DNA of 64,000 nt. Origin: a virus (Duplodnaviria > Heunggongvirae > Uroviricota > Caudoviricetes). Below the pieces are notes generated by a model. It ran no database searches. It was not told the DNA's origin and saw only the letters and a list, made by a program, of their open reading frames with translations. The stretch's first letter is position 1. Each line of letters opens with the position of its first letter. A program made the translations under genes and the position numbers. Where the stretch lies: positions 32,001-96,000 of IMG/VR virus record IMGVR_UViG_3300020048_006428. One strand, written 5' to 3'. Shown here one piece after another: positions 20,672-31,128 of the stretch.

Positions 20672-21100
20672 ATGAAAAATATACAAACATTTGAAGGTTT
20701 TTTTACAAATATTAAAAATATTTTTAGAAATCCAAAAACAAAATATACATCAGAGCTAAATAAATATAGCTTAAAATTATCTTATAAAGATAAACATAGT
20801 TTTGATATAAAACATAGTGGTAGATTAGTTGGTGAAATATTACTATCTGATGAAGAATCATCATATCCTATATGGATATTAAATGTTTATTATTATGATA
20901 GTGAAATAAAAAATGTAGACAAAAAACCATCTACAAAAATTGTAGATCAAGATGAACCATATTATGCTAAAAGTTCTAAGAAATATAGAGTTGATTCAGA
21001 TGATGCTTTGAAATCGTTTATTAATTGGTGGTCAAGTAATACTAAATCAGGTAGATTAAAAAATCCTTTATATAAGGCTAAATCAGGAACTAACTTATAA
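20672..21100 (+). CDS. Hypothetical protein with MKNIQTFEGF leader
   Basis: Leader motif; followed by bidirectional hairpin near 21104-21135. Confidence 0.65.
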   Translation: MKNIQTFEGFFTNIKNIFRNPKTKYTSELNKYSLKLSYKDKHSFDIKHSGRLVGEILLSDEESSYPIWILNVYYYDSEIKNVDKKPSTKIVDQDEPYYAKSSKKYRVDSDDALKSFINWWSSNTKSGRLKNPLYKAKSGTNL

Positions 21101-21136
21101 ATAAAAAAATCCAAGAATATTTCTTGGATTTTTTTA

Positions 21137-22165
21137 TTATTTAATTTCATATAGTTTTTCATACAATTCCTTTTCCATTTCAGATATATTTTTAGGTATA
21201 TTTACAGTTATTTTAACATATAAAGAACCTATACCATAATTAGAACCATTTGCAGTTAATACAGGCACACCCTTACCTCTAAATGTGTATATTTTGCCAC
21301 TATCACACCCAGAATCAATTTTTAAATCAATTTTATCATCTAGTATGTCTACTGTTTTATTTGTTCCTAAAACAGCTTCTGGGATAGATATAAATTCTTC
21401 ATAATATAAATCATTTCCTTCTCTATTAATTTTAGGATGTTTTATTTCTTCTATTATAATGTGTAAATCACCTGGTTCACCACTTCTTATACTATTACCA
21501 TAACCAGGCATATTTAAAGCCATTCCTGTTGCTACACCTTTTGGTAATTTGATTTCAACAATTTCCTCTTCAAGTTTAGTACCATTTCCATTACAAGATT
21601 TACAATGATTTATAACCATTTTACCAGTTCCATTACAAGTATTACAAGATATTACTTGTTGCATAATACCAAAAGGTGTTTGTTGAGTTATTTTTTTATG
21701 ACCAGATCCATTACAATTTATACAAGTTTTTAAATCAGAGCCACCTTTTCCACTACAAGTATTACAAGATTTTTGTCTGTTGTATTTAACTTTTCGTTCA
21801 CTTCCTTTTAATACTTCTTCTAATGTAACTTCTAATTTAACCCTTAAATCACCACCTCTTATATGTGGTTTAGCTTGTTGTCTATTTCCAAATATATCAC
21901 CAAAATTATTGAATATATCATTCATATCAAATCCATGTGATTGATAACGATTTTGGTTATTATTATTTGAAGTTGAACCATATCTATCATATTGCATTCT
22001 TTTTTGATCATCTGATAATATATCATATGCTTCTGATATTTCTTTAAATTTAGTTTCATCACCGCCTTTGTCCGGATGGTGGATTTTACATAATTTTCTA
22101 TATGCAGATTTAATATCTGTGGAAGATGCTTTTTTATCAACACCTAATATATTATAATAACTCAT
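21137..22165 (-). CDS. dnaJ: Molecular chaperone DnaJ
   Basis: J domain with HPD, G/F-like region, four CxxCxGxG motifs, C-terminal GDL domain. Confidence 0.95.
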   Translation of the reverse strand: MSYYNILGVDKKASSTDIKSAYRKLCKIHHPDKGGDETKFKEISEAYDILSDDQKRMQYDRYGSTSNNNNQNRYQSHGFDMNDIFNNFGDIFGNRQQAKPHIRGGDLRVKLEVTLEEVLKGSERKVKYNRQKSCNTCSGKGGSDLKTCINCNGSGHKKITQQTPFGIMQQVISCNTCNGTGKMVINHCKSCNGNGTKLEEEIVEIKLPKGVATGMALNMPGYGNSIRSGEPGDLHIIIEEIKHPKINREGNDLYYEEFISIPEAVLGTNKTVDILDDKIDLKIDSGCDSGKIYTFRGKGVPVLTANGSNYGIGSLYVKITVNIPKNISEMEKELYEKLYEIK

Positions 22166-22216
22166 AATTAAACTTATTTTGATTTATTTTATATATACCA
22201 AAAATATAATTTGTTT

Positions 22217-22957
22217 ATGATATACAATAAAATTTATGATTTCTGTAAAGTAAGAAACATAGGTTCAGCTAGAAAAAATGGCTTAGAACCAACACCAAGA
22301 GTAGAATATCTAATTAATTTATTAGATAGTGAAGATATTAAATATGAACTTGATGTGTTTGGTGATGAAACTAAATACTTTAATATTATATTAAGGGGCA
22401 ATTCATCTAAAATGGTTGTTGCACATCATGATATTGTAAATCCTAATATTGATAATGCTAATGATAACTCTGCATCTGTTATAAATTTAATAGCAATTAA
22501 AAAGTTAAGACCAAATATAAATGCAGTTATATTAGATGGTGAAGAAATTGGTGGAATTGGTAGCCAAAGATTATCAGAACAAATAAATGATGGGGATTTT
22601 GGTAAAATAGATTGGGTTCTTAATTTAGAATTAACAGGAAGTGGTGGAAAACATTTCTTTATGGGTAATTATCCAGGTATATTAAGTGATAAGATTATTG
22701 AATTGTTTGAATGTCCTGTTATAAACACACCATTTAATGATTCTGTTATTTTCAGAAAAAATGGAATTGATTCTACTGTTATTAATCCATTACCACCATT
22801 ACCTATTAATGAAAAATCAATTGTTAAATTTAATGATGTTTATTTAAATTATGATTTGTTATATAATTGTCATAGTAGGTATGATACATTAGATACTATA
22901 TCTATCTATGATATGCAGGAATTTGTAGAAGAAATAGTTTTAAAAATAATAGACTAA
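22217..22957 (+). CDS. M28-family metallopeptidase
   Basis: AHHD, NANDNSASV, DGEEIG, LNLE and C-terminal CHSRYD zinc-ligand pattern; ATG at 22217 preferred over TTG at 22211. Confidence 0.8.
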   Translation: MIYNKIYDFCKVRNIGSARKNGLEPTPRVEYLINLLDSEDIKYELDVFGDETKYFNIILRGNSSKMVVAHHDIVNPNIDNANDNSASVINLIAIKKLRPNINAVILDGEEIGGIGSQRLSEQINDGDFGKIDWVLNLELTGSGGKHFFMGNYPGILSDKIIELFECPVINTPFNDSVIFRKNGIDSTVINPLPPLPINEKSIVKFNDVYLNYDLLYNCHSRYDTLDTISIYDMQEFVEEIVLKIID

Positions 22958-23253
22958 TGAATTATATAGTAATTAAAAAAACACTTCGTTTTGAATATAG
23001 ATTATATCTTGATAATGATATAGATGGTAAAGTTATATTTAAAGGACATAAATTAGCACCCGAAGAAAATTTATTAAAAGATATATTGGATATAAAAACA
23101 ATAAATGGTGATTATAGAAAGATGTTTTACCTTTATGATATTAATAAATGGGAAACTATAAATGACTTTTCAGTAGGTATAAGAAAGTCTTGGGAATCAT
23201 TATTAAGTTTAATAAAAACAAATAAAATAACAATTACCGTTTTTAATATATAA
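22957..23253 (+). CDS. Hypothetical protein
   Basis: Coupled by TAATG to the peptidase gene. Confidence 0.55.
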   Translation: MNYIVIKKTLRFEYRLYLDNDIDGKVIFKGHKLAPEENLLKDILDIKTINGDYRKMFYLYDINKWETINDFSVGIRKSWESLLSLIKTNKITITVFNI

Positions 23254-23264
23254 AAATAAAAAAT

Positions 23265-24059
23265 ATGTTATTAAAAATTGGTAGTAATGGTGAAGATGTT
23301 AAAAAGCTTCAAGAAAAACTTGGATTAATAGCTGATGGTGATTTTGGTGCAAATACTGAAACTGCTGTTAAAACTTGGCAGAAGAACAATGGTCTATCTG
23401 CTGATGGTGTTGTTGGTGACATAACTTGGAAGAAGATGTTTTCTGTTGTATTGGTAGAAGAGTTAAACCTATCAAGACTTAAAGGAATTATACCTGATAA
23501 AGTTATAAATGAAATACCTGAAACTGCTAAAAGATTTAATATAACAAATAATCTTAGATTATCACATTTTTTGGCACAATGTTCAGTAGAAAGTGGTAAT
23601 TTTGTTGCCGTTTTAGAAAATCTAAATTATTCATCTGATGGACTTAAAAGGGTATTTCCAAGATATTTCCCTGATAATTTAAGTGAATCATATGCAAGAC
23701 AACCAGAAAAAATAGCTAATAGAGTTTATGGTTCAAGACTTGGAAATGGTGATGAATTAAGTGGCGAAGGTTATAAATATAGGGGTAGAGGTTATCTACA
23801 ACTTACAGGAAAATCAAATTATGAAGCATTTTCTAAATTTATTGGCGAAGATTGTGTTGCTAATCCAGATTTGGTAGCAACTAAATATCCGTTAGCATCT
23901 GTTGGATTTTTCTTTAATACTTATAAAGCTTGGGATATATGTGACTTAGGATCAGATGTAAATACAGTAACACTTGTATCAAAAAGAGTTAATGGTGGAA
24001 CAAATGGATTAGAAGAAAGAATTAAAAAATTTGCATATTTTTATAATATACTAAAATAA
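23265..24059 (+). CDS. Endolysin: peptidoglycan-binding domain plus GH19 glycoside hydrolase
   Basis: LKIGSNGEDVKKLQ...ADGVVGDITW; HFLAQCSVESG, ENLNYS, YRGRGYLQLTGKSNY, VNGGTNGLEER. Confidence 0.92.
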   Translation: MLLKIGSNGEDVKKLQEKLGLIADGDFGANTETAVKTWQKNNGLSADGVVGDITWKKMFSVVLVEELNLSRLKGIIPDKVINEIPETAKRFNITNNLRLSHFLAQCSVESGNFVAVLENLNYSSDGLKRVFPRYFPDNLSESYARQPEKIANRVYGSRLGNGDELSGEGYKYRGRGYLQLTGKSNYEAFSKFIGEDCVANPDLVATKYPLASVGFFFNTYKAWDICDLGSDVNTVTLVSKRVNGGTNGLEERIKKFAYFYNILK

Positions 24060-24070
24060 CTAAAATAACT

Positions 24071-24595
24071 ATGAAATACTTAAAATTATTTGAAAATTTC
24101 TTTGGTGATGAAACTAAAGAAAAAATATTACGCTTTCTTAAATCTGGTGATTTTTCACTTACAATTCAACTTTGCGATGGACAAAATATTGACTTTGATG
24201 AATTTATATATGAATATGCAAAGACTAAAAATCCTGATTTATTAGAAGATGATTACATAAATATTTATGTTAATATATCTAATGATTATATCAAATCTGA
24301 ATATATTTGTATAAGACCAAAAATATTTTGTAATGATGGGTTTAGTTTATCTGTTCAAGGCGCATATGGATCATATTCATGGCCAAGAAAAGATAAAGCT
24401 AATCATTATTCTGAAATGGAAATTGGATTTCCATCTGAAAAAGAACCTATTTTAACTGAATATGGAGAAGACCAATTTGAAGAAGATTCTGATGAATATA
24501 GTGATATTTATCCTTATGTTCCAATTGAACTAATAAATAAAGTGTTATTAAAACATGGTGGAATTGACTATGAAAAAACACTTGGACAAAAATAA
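24071..24595 (+). CDS. Hypothetical protein with MKYLKLFENF leader
   Basis: Leader, short helical module, then a CNDGFSLSVQ...EIGFPS...YPYVP domain. Confidence 0.7.
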   Translation: MKYLKLFENFFGDETKEKILRFLKSGDFSLTIQLCDGQNIDFDEFIYEYAKTKNPDLLEDDYINIYVNISNDYIKSEYICIRPKIFCNDGFSLSVQGAYGSYSWPRKDKANHYSEMEIGFPSEKEPILTEYGEDQFEEDSDEYSDIYPYVPIELINKVLLKHGGIDYEKTLGQK

Positions 24596-24603
24596 ATTAA
24601 TAT

Positions 24604-26112
24604 ATGTTAAAGAAGTATGATGATTTCTTATTAGAATCTTTATTAATGGAATCTATCTTAGTATATTCCGATGATTTTAGAAAAATATTAAAAAATGTTG
24701 AATCACCAATAGCAACTTATTTATTGGATGCAGAAGATGTAGATTTAGAATTATCAAATAATTATATAGATATATCGGATAAACCAAACCAAATATCATT
24801 TATCAGTGATGAAAAAGGACAAAAATTAGCGAATGATAAAAATATTCAATATATCGGAACAAGTATTAACTATTATATAAGTGATTATTTTATAGATGAT
24901 GTTTGTGTTCCACTTGAATTTGATACTAAGGGTAAGTTTCTTATGGAACTACCAGTTAATTCATCAAACGGAACTATTCTAAAAACATTAAATTATGATG
25001 GTAAAATTTATTATAAATGTCAATTTGATGATGATATTTATTTATTAAATAGTGAAAACTCAATGATAATTGGTAAAACACCATTTAATTCAAATAGGCA
25101 GGACATAAAAATAGGAAGAGGAATTAGAGGTATTTTAAACTCTGCTAAAATTAAATATACTGATTCTGAAATAGAAACATTTGTTAATAAATATAAGGCT
25201 GAAATAGATATATTAAATGATCAATTTAATAATTTTGAATTAACAAGTGGTTATGATATAGCATATTGGTATAATAGTAATAGATATTATTCAGATAGTG
25301 GAACATTAGGAAACTCTTGTATGGCTGATGTTAATAGTGGTAGGTTTGATATTTATTGTGATAATCCAGATGTTTGTAAGTTATTGATATTAAAACAAGA
25401 TAAGTCTAAAATAAAAGGTAGGGCATTAGTTTGGAAACTTTCAAATGGTGATACTTTTATGGATAGGGTATATACGAATAATGATAATGATTTTGAACTA
25501 TTCAATAAATATGCTAAATTAAATGGTTGGAAAAGAAAAAAAGCAAATGATAGTTCCACTGATTTTGTGGTGGTTTTACCAAATGGTGAAGAAGTTGATA
25601 GTGGTTCTTTGAAAATTAATATAAAAGGCGGTAGTTTTGATTATTATCCATATTTAGATACATTTTGTTACTATTATTTAAATAATGGAATATTATCAAA
25701 CAGCGATGATTTAAGGGGTGATTATATAACATTATGTGATGCTGATGATGGTAAATGGAATGAATATTGCTATGATTGTGATGAAACAGGCATTACAGAA
25801 TGTGGTAGATGTGAAGGTTATGGAAAAGTAGACTGTGATGAATGTAAAGGTAGCTGTAAAGTAGAATGTTCAGAATGTGAAGGTAGCTGTAAAGTAGAAT
25901 GTTCAGAATGTGAAGGTTTTGGTGAAATAGAAGGAGAAGATGGTGAAATGGTAGAATGTTCAGAATGTGATGGTGATGGTAAAGTAGAATGTTCAGAATG
26001 TGAAGGTGATGGTAAAGTAGAATGTTCAGAATGTGATGGTGAAGGTGAAGTAGAATGTCCAAATTGTGATGGTGATTGTGAAGTAGAATGTCATTGTAGA
26101 GAATCATTATAA
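24604..26112 (+). CDS. Conserved phage protein (SCM / GRALVW / MDRVY domain) with C-terminal CxxCxGxG zinc-finger repeats
   Basis: Paralog of 29401; nine CxxC units at 11-aa spacing. Confidence 0.7.
   Translation: MLKKYDDFLLESLLMESILVYSDDFRKILKNVESPIATYLLDAEDVDLELSNNYIDISDKPNQISFISDEKGQKLANDKNIQYIGTSINYYISDYFIDDVCVPLEFDTKGKFLMELPVNSSNGTILKTLNYDGKIYYKCQFDDDIYLLNSENSMIIGKTPFNSNRQDIKIGRGIRGILNSAKIKYTDSEIETFVNKYKAEIDILNDQFNNFELTSGYDIAYWYNSNRYYSDSGTLGNSCMADVNSGRFDIYCDNPDVCKLLILKQDKSKIKGRALVWKLSNGDTFMDRVYTNNDNDFELFNKYAKLNGWKRKKANDSSTDFVVVLPNGEEVDSGSLKINIKGGSFDYYPYLDTFCYYYLNNGILSNSDDLRGDYITLCDADDGKWNEYCYDCDETGITECGRCEGYGKVDCDECKGSCKVECSECEGSCKVECSECEGFGEIEGEDGEMVECSECDGDGKVECSECEGDGKVECSECDGEGEVECPNCDGDCEVECHCRESL
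25861..26095 (+). repeat. 33-bp coding tandem repeat (VECSECEGxGK)
   Basis: Repeated GTAGAATGTTCAGAATGTGA. Confidence 0.85.
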
Positions 26113-26170
26113 CTGAGTTCTACCAAATCCAAAAGATTTGATTCGATGATCAGGTCTGTTTTTAGCAATT

Positions 26171-26212
26171 AAAAATTAGTCTGATATATTAAATTATATC
26201 AGACTAATTTTT
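26171..26212. terminator. Bidirectional terminator
   Basis: AAAAATTAGTCTGATATA...TATATCAGACTAATTTTT between convergent genes. Confidence 0.75.
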
Positions 26213-27105
26213 TATATACCTTTAAAAATATGGCTTATTACATCAACTGTCCAACCATTACCTAACATTCTATATCTTTGTGTATCACTTAAACCTTTTG
26301 TGTATTGTTCAGGAACAGTTTGTAATCTTTCACATTCTAATGGTGTAAGTCTTCTAAATCCACTTTCGCTTTCTTCACAAATTATATATGGGCAATGTGG
26401 TGGTTGTTTATAATAAGATGCTAATAATGGTTTTGATTTTTCATTTAAAGTATTATGTTTCCATTTATAACTTTTTAAGAAGGCTAAATGATGTTTAAAT
26501 GATAAATGATATTTTTTATCAACTGAATCTTCAATAATATCTTTTAAAGTTTCTTTATTAGTAGGTAGTTCTTTTATTGGTATATTAGTCCAATATAAAC
26601 GTTGTCTATTTTGTGCAGAAAATAAATTGCTATTTATTAATATAGGTTCTATATTTAGAATACTTGATATTAATTTTTTCCATTTATTTTCCATCTTAAC
26701 ATTTTCTAAAAGGAAATATTTTGGTTTAACTTCATTTAATATTCTTATATATTCCCAAAATAAATAAGATTGTCCATCAAATTCAAATCCTGTATTTTTT
26801 AAATCTAAATATTGTTTTAATGATGTTATATCTATACTATCCTTAGTTACCATTCCTTGTCTTTTACCTGCAAACGTGAAATTTTGACAAGGACTACCAC
26901 CAAACATTAAATCTATTTTTGGTAATTCAAATCCGTTTACTTTAGAAACATCACCTAATTGTATAGTATTTGGATAATTATTTTTAGTGACTTGAGTAGC
27001 ATATTTATCTATTTCAGATGCAAAATAATTATCGTATTTTATACCTAATTTATTTAAAGCTATCTGTCCACAGGACATACCATCAAAAAGACTTAATATA
27101 TTCAT
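26212..27105 (-). CDS. dcm: DNA (cytosine-5) methyltransferase
   Basis: LSLFDG, GGSPCQ, LLENV, QNRQRLYW, RLQT, LGNGW. Confidence 0.93.
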   Translation of the reverse strand: MNILSLFDGMSCGQIALNKLGIKYDNYFASEIDKYATQVTKNNYPNTIQLGDVSKVNGFELPKIDLMFGGSPCQNFTFAGKRQGMVTKDSIDITSLKQYLDLKNTGFEFDGQSYLFWEYIRILNEVKPKYFLLENVKMENKWKKLISSILNIEPILINSNLFSAQNRQRLYWTNIPIKELPTNKETLKDIIEDSVDKKYHLSFKHHLAFLKSYKWKHNTLNEKSKPLLASYYKQPPHCPYIICEESESGFRRLTPLECERLQTVPEQYTKGLSDTQRYRMLGNGWTVDVISHIFKGI

Positions 27106-27542
27106 TGTACACCTAATATTATTTTTGGATATCTAACTATTTTACCATTTATACTATACCCTTTACTTACAACATCTATAATCTTTTGTTCACCAACATT
27201 TAAAATAGAAATAACTTCGTGTATATCTGAATCATAATTTTCAGTTTGAATACATTCTACATTTTGATTTTGTAAGAACTTATCTATTTTAGACATAATC
27301 AATTTAATACCATCATCAATTGTTATGTTTTTTAATGCTAATGATAAATCAGAATCTAAATCTAAGATAGAATTTAAAACATCATTTTTAACTGATGTTT
27401 TAATATCTTCTTTTTCTTTTAAAGTTCTTTTTTTATAATTATCAAACTCTGCTAATAATCTAAGATATTTATCATCTGCTTCTTTTTTTATTAAATCAAC
27501 TTCTTCTATTGAATAAGTTTTAATATCTAAATTTTCTTCCAT
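27102..27542 (-). CDS. grpE: Nucleotide exchange factor GrpE
   Basis: YLRLLAEFDNYKKR, HEVIS, VSKGY...VRYPKI. Confidence 0.9.
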   Translation of the reverse strand: MEENLDIKTYSIEEVDLIKKEADDKYLRLLAEFDNYKKRTLKEKEDIKTSVKNDVLNSILDLDSDLSLALKNITIDDGIKLIMSKIDKFLQNQNVECIQTENYDSDIHEVISILNVGEQKIIDVVSKGYSINGKIVRYPKIILGVQ

Positions 27543-27547
27543 ATATA

Positions 27548-28036
27548 TTAATAGTTGTTAAATTTTAATAGTTTTTTTACTGCATTTGAATTATAGAATT
27601 CATAGCTTATATTTTGAATTGTAGCTTTTGTTATTTCTAATTGCTCAAGGTTTGTTTTTAGTTTATCAACATATTGCTTTAAATCTATCAAAGAATTTGA
27701 ATATTGAATTGTTGGTTCCCAACATTCTGGGAATTTGTCTAAAAACTTTTGAATGCTTATTTCTATGGTCTTCTTTTTTATTAATAGAACATCCTTTTCT
27801 TTCACAGATCTAATTGTTAAGAAATGAATTAGATAATCATTAAATCTATGTATTAGATTATCAGTTTCCATAACTTTTAATAATCCAATTACTATTGCAT
27901 CTCGTTCACTTAATTCAAATTCTTCATTTTCTTTTAATAGTTTTTCAGCTTCTTTATCTGATCCAACTATATAATACGCATATGAATCCCACAAACATCT
28001 TTTTACTATATCTTCTGGCGTTACAAATATTTTCAT
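27548..28036 (-). CDS. Hypothetical protein
   Basis: First gene of the grpE-dcm run, behind AAAC-N17-TATAAT. Confidence 0.65.
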   Translation of the reverse strand: MKIFVTPEDIVKRCLWDSYAYYIVGSDKEAEKLLKENEEFELSERDAIVIGLLKVMETDNLIHRFNDYLIHFLTIRSVKEKDVLLIKKKTIEISIQKFLDKFPECWEPTIQYSNSLIDLKQYVDKLKTNLEQLEITKATIQNISYEFYNSNAVKKLLKFNNY

Positions 28037-28092
28037 TTAAATAATTATTTTTTAGTAAAAATTATATGGTTAATTTTAAATTTGTTTAAAAA

Positions 28093-28305
28093 TTAACCAC
28101 AATTACATTTGTTTTTTACAAATAATATAAAATTACATGAATATTTATTCTCTAAATCTTCTATAAAAATTTCATTTGAATTTCTTATTATTTCTTCGTA
28201 TATTCTAAATTTCTTATTAAATAAAAAAGACTTAGCTATTAACTGTTGTCTTGAATTTAGATTGTTTATAAGATTATTTAACTTGATAATTAATTCTGCT
28301 GTCAT
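28093..28305 (-). CDS. Small hypothetical protein
   Basis: ATGA-coupled to ORF 28302. Confidence 0.5.
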   Translation of the reverse strand: MTAELIIKLNNLINNLNSRQQLIAKSFLFNKKFRIYEEIIRNSNEIFIEDLENKYSCNFILFVKNKCNCG

Positions 28306-28721
28306 AAAGTAAATCCTTTTTGTAGATATAATAGAAATCTTTCCGGTAAATATACATTTTCTAATTTTAATGCCTTTCTAAATAATGGTGCAATTTCATC
28401 AACATTAAACCCAGCTAAATGACATCCAATTTCAGTGACATAAAATATCAAATCTTTATTCACTTTAGCAAATTCAATAAATTTATCAACACCATCTTTT
28501 ACTTCTTGTAAAGTGACTGGTAAATAATCTTTTCTTAATTCTTTTGTTATTATTGCATAAGAATTACCCATTAATCCTTCTGATTGCCCATATATTGCCC
28601 AAAATTTTTTCATAGCAATTAAAGCAGCACCTTTTCCGTGTCTGCCTTGTCGATTTGACCCAAAAACAAATATTTCATTATTTTTTAGATTACTAATATT
28701 ATTTGGTGTTAATCTTTTCAA
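28302..28721 (-). CDS. A1S_2505-like phage protein (possibly macrodomain-like)
   Basis: IFVFGSNRQGRHGKGAA, SYAIIT, FYVTEIGCHLAG. Confidence 0.75.
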   Translation of the reverse strand: MKRLTPNNISNLKNNEIFVFGSNRQGRHGKGAALIAMKKFWAIYGQSEGLMGNSYAIITKELRKDYLPVTLQEVKDGVDKFIEFAKVNKDLIFYVTEIGCHLAGFNVDEIAPLFRKALKLENVYLPERFLLYLQKGFTL

Positions 28722-28983
28722 GTATATTTAAAATTTTAATTTTTCTATCAAAATTTTTCGGAATAAACATTTCTTGTAAAGCTTTAACTGAAAATATTTT
28801 TGTAGATTCACTTATAGTTTTACAAAAATCTATTTTTTTATCAATTTCTTTCAATCTATTTTCTTCTTCAATTTTATACAAAATATTATAAATATAGTAT
28901 TTTCTTTTAATATCATTTGAATCATAATTATTTCCAAATTTACCATAAATTGAATTAATCATTTTCTTCCCTTTATAACACAT
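28699..28983 (-). CDS. Hypothetical protein
   Basis: In-operon ORF; contains NSIYGKFG. Confidence 0.5.
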   Translation of the reverse strand: MCYKGKKMINSIYGKFGNNYDSNDIKRKYYIYNILYKIEEENRLKEIDKKIDFCKTISESTKIFSVKALQEMFIPKNFDRKIKILNILEKINTK

Positions 28984-29386
28984 TTCTTATATCCATTAAA
29001 ATTTTACCTAAATAATTTTTACCAATTCCATTACAAACACCCCAATAATTATCATTCCAGGTGTTTGTTTCTTCTAAATAAGAATCTGTTGTTTCTAACA
29101 ACAGATTCCCTAATAATTCGTTTCTTGTGAATTTATCATAAACAATATTATACATTATATTCAATTTAACTAAATCCCAATCTTTTCTTTTATCTATAAT
29201 TTTACCCAATCTTTTAGATTCTTTTGCTGATATATCTAAAAATATATGTCTATCAGAACTATTTATTAATTTTGCTGATTGATAAGCATTTTCAGAAGAA
29301 TTAAACACCAATCCATCATAATATACTTTACAAGTATAAAAATTAGATAGAAATCTATATTTTCCAAAAAATCCACTTATTTTCAT
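28973..29386 (-). CDS. NADAR (YbiA-like) family protein
   Basis: FLSNFY, SSENAYQSAK, KFTRN, LLLETT, WNDNYWG, GKNYLGKILM. Confidence 0.9.
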   Translation of the reverse strand: MKISGFFGKYRFLSNFYTCKVYYDGLVFNSSENAYQSAKLINSSDRHIFLDISAKESKRLGKIIDKRKDWDLVKLNIMYNIVYDKFTRNELLGNLLLETTDSYLEETNTWNDNYWGVCNGIGKNYLGKILMDIRNVL

Positions 29387-29400
29387 AAATTTTATATTAT

Positions 29401-31110
29401 CTATACTTTATTAAGTTTATATCTATAGTAAATAAATATTGATAACATTTCTTTATTGTTTGCTAATGATGTTTCAACTATATTTAATAATTCTTCTACT
29501 GACCAAGTCATAATTCCAAACCAATCAAGTAATTCTAAATAACCTACATCTCCTATTAAACTAACAATAAAATTCTTATATGGTGTGATGTCAAATCTAT
29601 TCCTACAATTTCTTAGGTTTAAATAAACATTTACCATTGCTATATTTTTAATACCTACTGTTTTTTGAACTATGTAACCATTATAAATATTTTCAATTCT
29701 TGAAAGAACATTATTAGAAAATCTATATTTCAAAAGATATTCTGCTAATTTTTCAAGTCCATCAATATCCATAGATTGTTCAAATTGTTTTACATTTTCC
29801 TTTGTTTTCAAAATCCATTTGTCTAAATATACATTAAAAAATAATTGTGATTTATGACATAAATATTCTGTTCCATTTATATTAATATTTATTAATAATT
29901 TTATTTCATCTTTATGTGTGTAATCACTATTAAATTCATTATCAATCTTGTCATATAATTCAAATTCTATTGCTTCATCTGCTGGTAAAGAACAACTATG
30001 TATATCTGAATGAACTGATTTATTATAAAGTATATATGTATCCAAATAATCAGAATAAACTATTTGATATGATGTTGAAAGATAGTATTCACCTTCGGAT
30101 TCAACAAAAACTGCTTCACCATCAGGCACCCAAGATTGAACATCAACACAATAAACTGCATCATTTGAATCTACTTTTAGATCAAATTCATTTGAGTAAA
30201 CTTGACCTGAGCTTGATAGCCCATTTGTCTGTCTTAATCTATTTTGTCTATTTTCTTCATTTGTTATTTCATATGTTTTTGGATAATATGCTTCAAAAGT
30301 GTCCATATATGGAAACATTTTATAATCATATTTTTTTAATACAACTTTCATATATTCCCTATTATCAGAATCATAAATTTTCATATTATTTTCTTTTGCA
30401 TATTCCAAAAATAAATTTGCATCAGAATCATAATTACAATATATCCTATCCATATAATACTCACCTGTTGATAATTTCCAAATCAATGCTCTTCCAACAA
30501 TCTTATTTGGATTATCTCTTTTTAAGATTAAAAGACTACAAACTTCTGGATTTTTTGTATAAATGTCAAAAAACATTTGACATTTTTTATATCGCATACA
30601 AGAATTACTTAAATCACCTGTTTTTTCTTGGTAATTATCTACCAAATACCATTTTTTAATTTCATCACCCTTAACCAATTCAAATGATGATGAACTATAT
30701 ATTTTATTAAATGTAGATTTATATAAATTTACAAAAATAGGCAATTCCTTACTTGGAAAATCTGTTAATACTTTATTTACAAATCTACCTATTGCAATTT
30801 CAGATCTTTGTTTTTTCCATAAAGTATGATTTGAATCACTCGTAACAACTTCTAAATTCTTATCTATATCTTCTTCCCCTAATGTATTTACAATCCTATT
30901 TACTTGTATAAAAGATACTGAATTATCCTTATCTGTTATATCAATTAATGTAAAGTCTTTTTTATTATCCACATCATTTTCTATATCCAATAACTTATTA
31001 GTTATTGGATTATCAATCATTTTGAATAATTCTTTTAATTTAGTGGAATAAATTAATGGTAATGTTTTTATACTTTCTAAAAACAACTCGTAATTTTTAA
31101 TATTTTTCAT
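29401..31110 (-). CDS. Conserved phage protein, paralog of 24604
   Basis: NSCM, FDIYTKNPEVC, GRALIWKLS, MDRIY, FPYMDTF; leader MKNIKNYELFLES. Confidence 0.7.
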   Translation of the reverse strand: MKNIKNYELFLESIKTLPLIYSTKLKELFKMIDNPITNKLLDIENDVDNKKDFTLIDITDKDNSVSFIQVNRIVNTLGEEDIDKNLEVVTSDSNHTLWKKQRSEIAIGRFVNKVLTDFPSKELPIFVNLYKSTFNKIYSSSSFELVKGDEIKKWYLVDNYQEKTGDLSNSCMRYKKCQMFFDIYTKNPEVCSLLILKRDNPNKIVGRALIWKLSTGEYYMDRIYCNYDSDANLFLEYAKENNMKIYDSDNREYMKVVLKKYDYKMFPYMDTFEAYYPKTYEITNEENRQNRLRQTNGLSSSGQVYSNEFDLKVDSNDAVYCVDVQSWVPDGEAVFVESEGEYYLSTSYQIVYSDYLDTYILYNKSVHSDIHSCSLPADEAIEFELYDKIDNEFNSDYTHKDEIKLLINININGTEYLCHKSQLFFNVYLDKWILKTKENVKQFEQSMDIDGLEKLAEYLLKYRFSNNVLSRIENIYNGYIVQKTVGIKNIAMVNVYLNLRNCRNRFDITPYKNFIVSLIGDVGYLELLDWFGIMTWSVEELLNIVETSLANNKEMLSIFIYYRYKLNKV

Positions 31111-31128
31111 ATATTATATATTAATATT

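Noticed and set aside
28699-28983. DNA polymerase B fragment (KKMINSIYGKFG)
   Set aside because: A single short motif in a 94-aa ORF with no other polymerase motifs.
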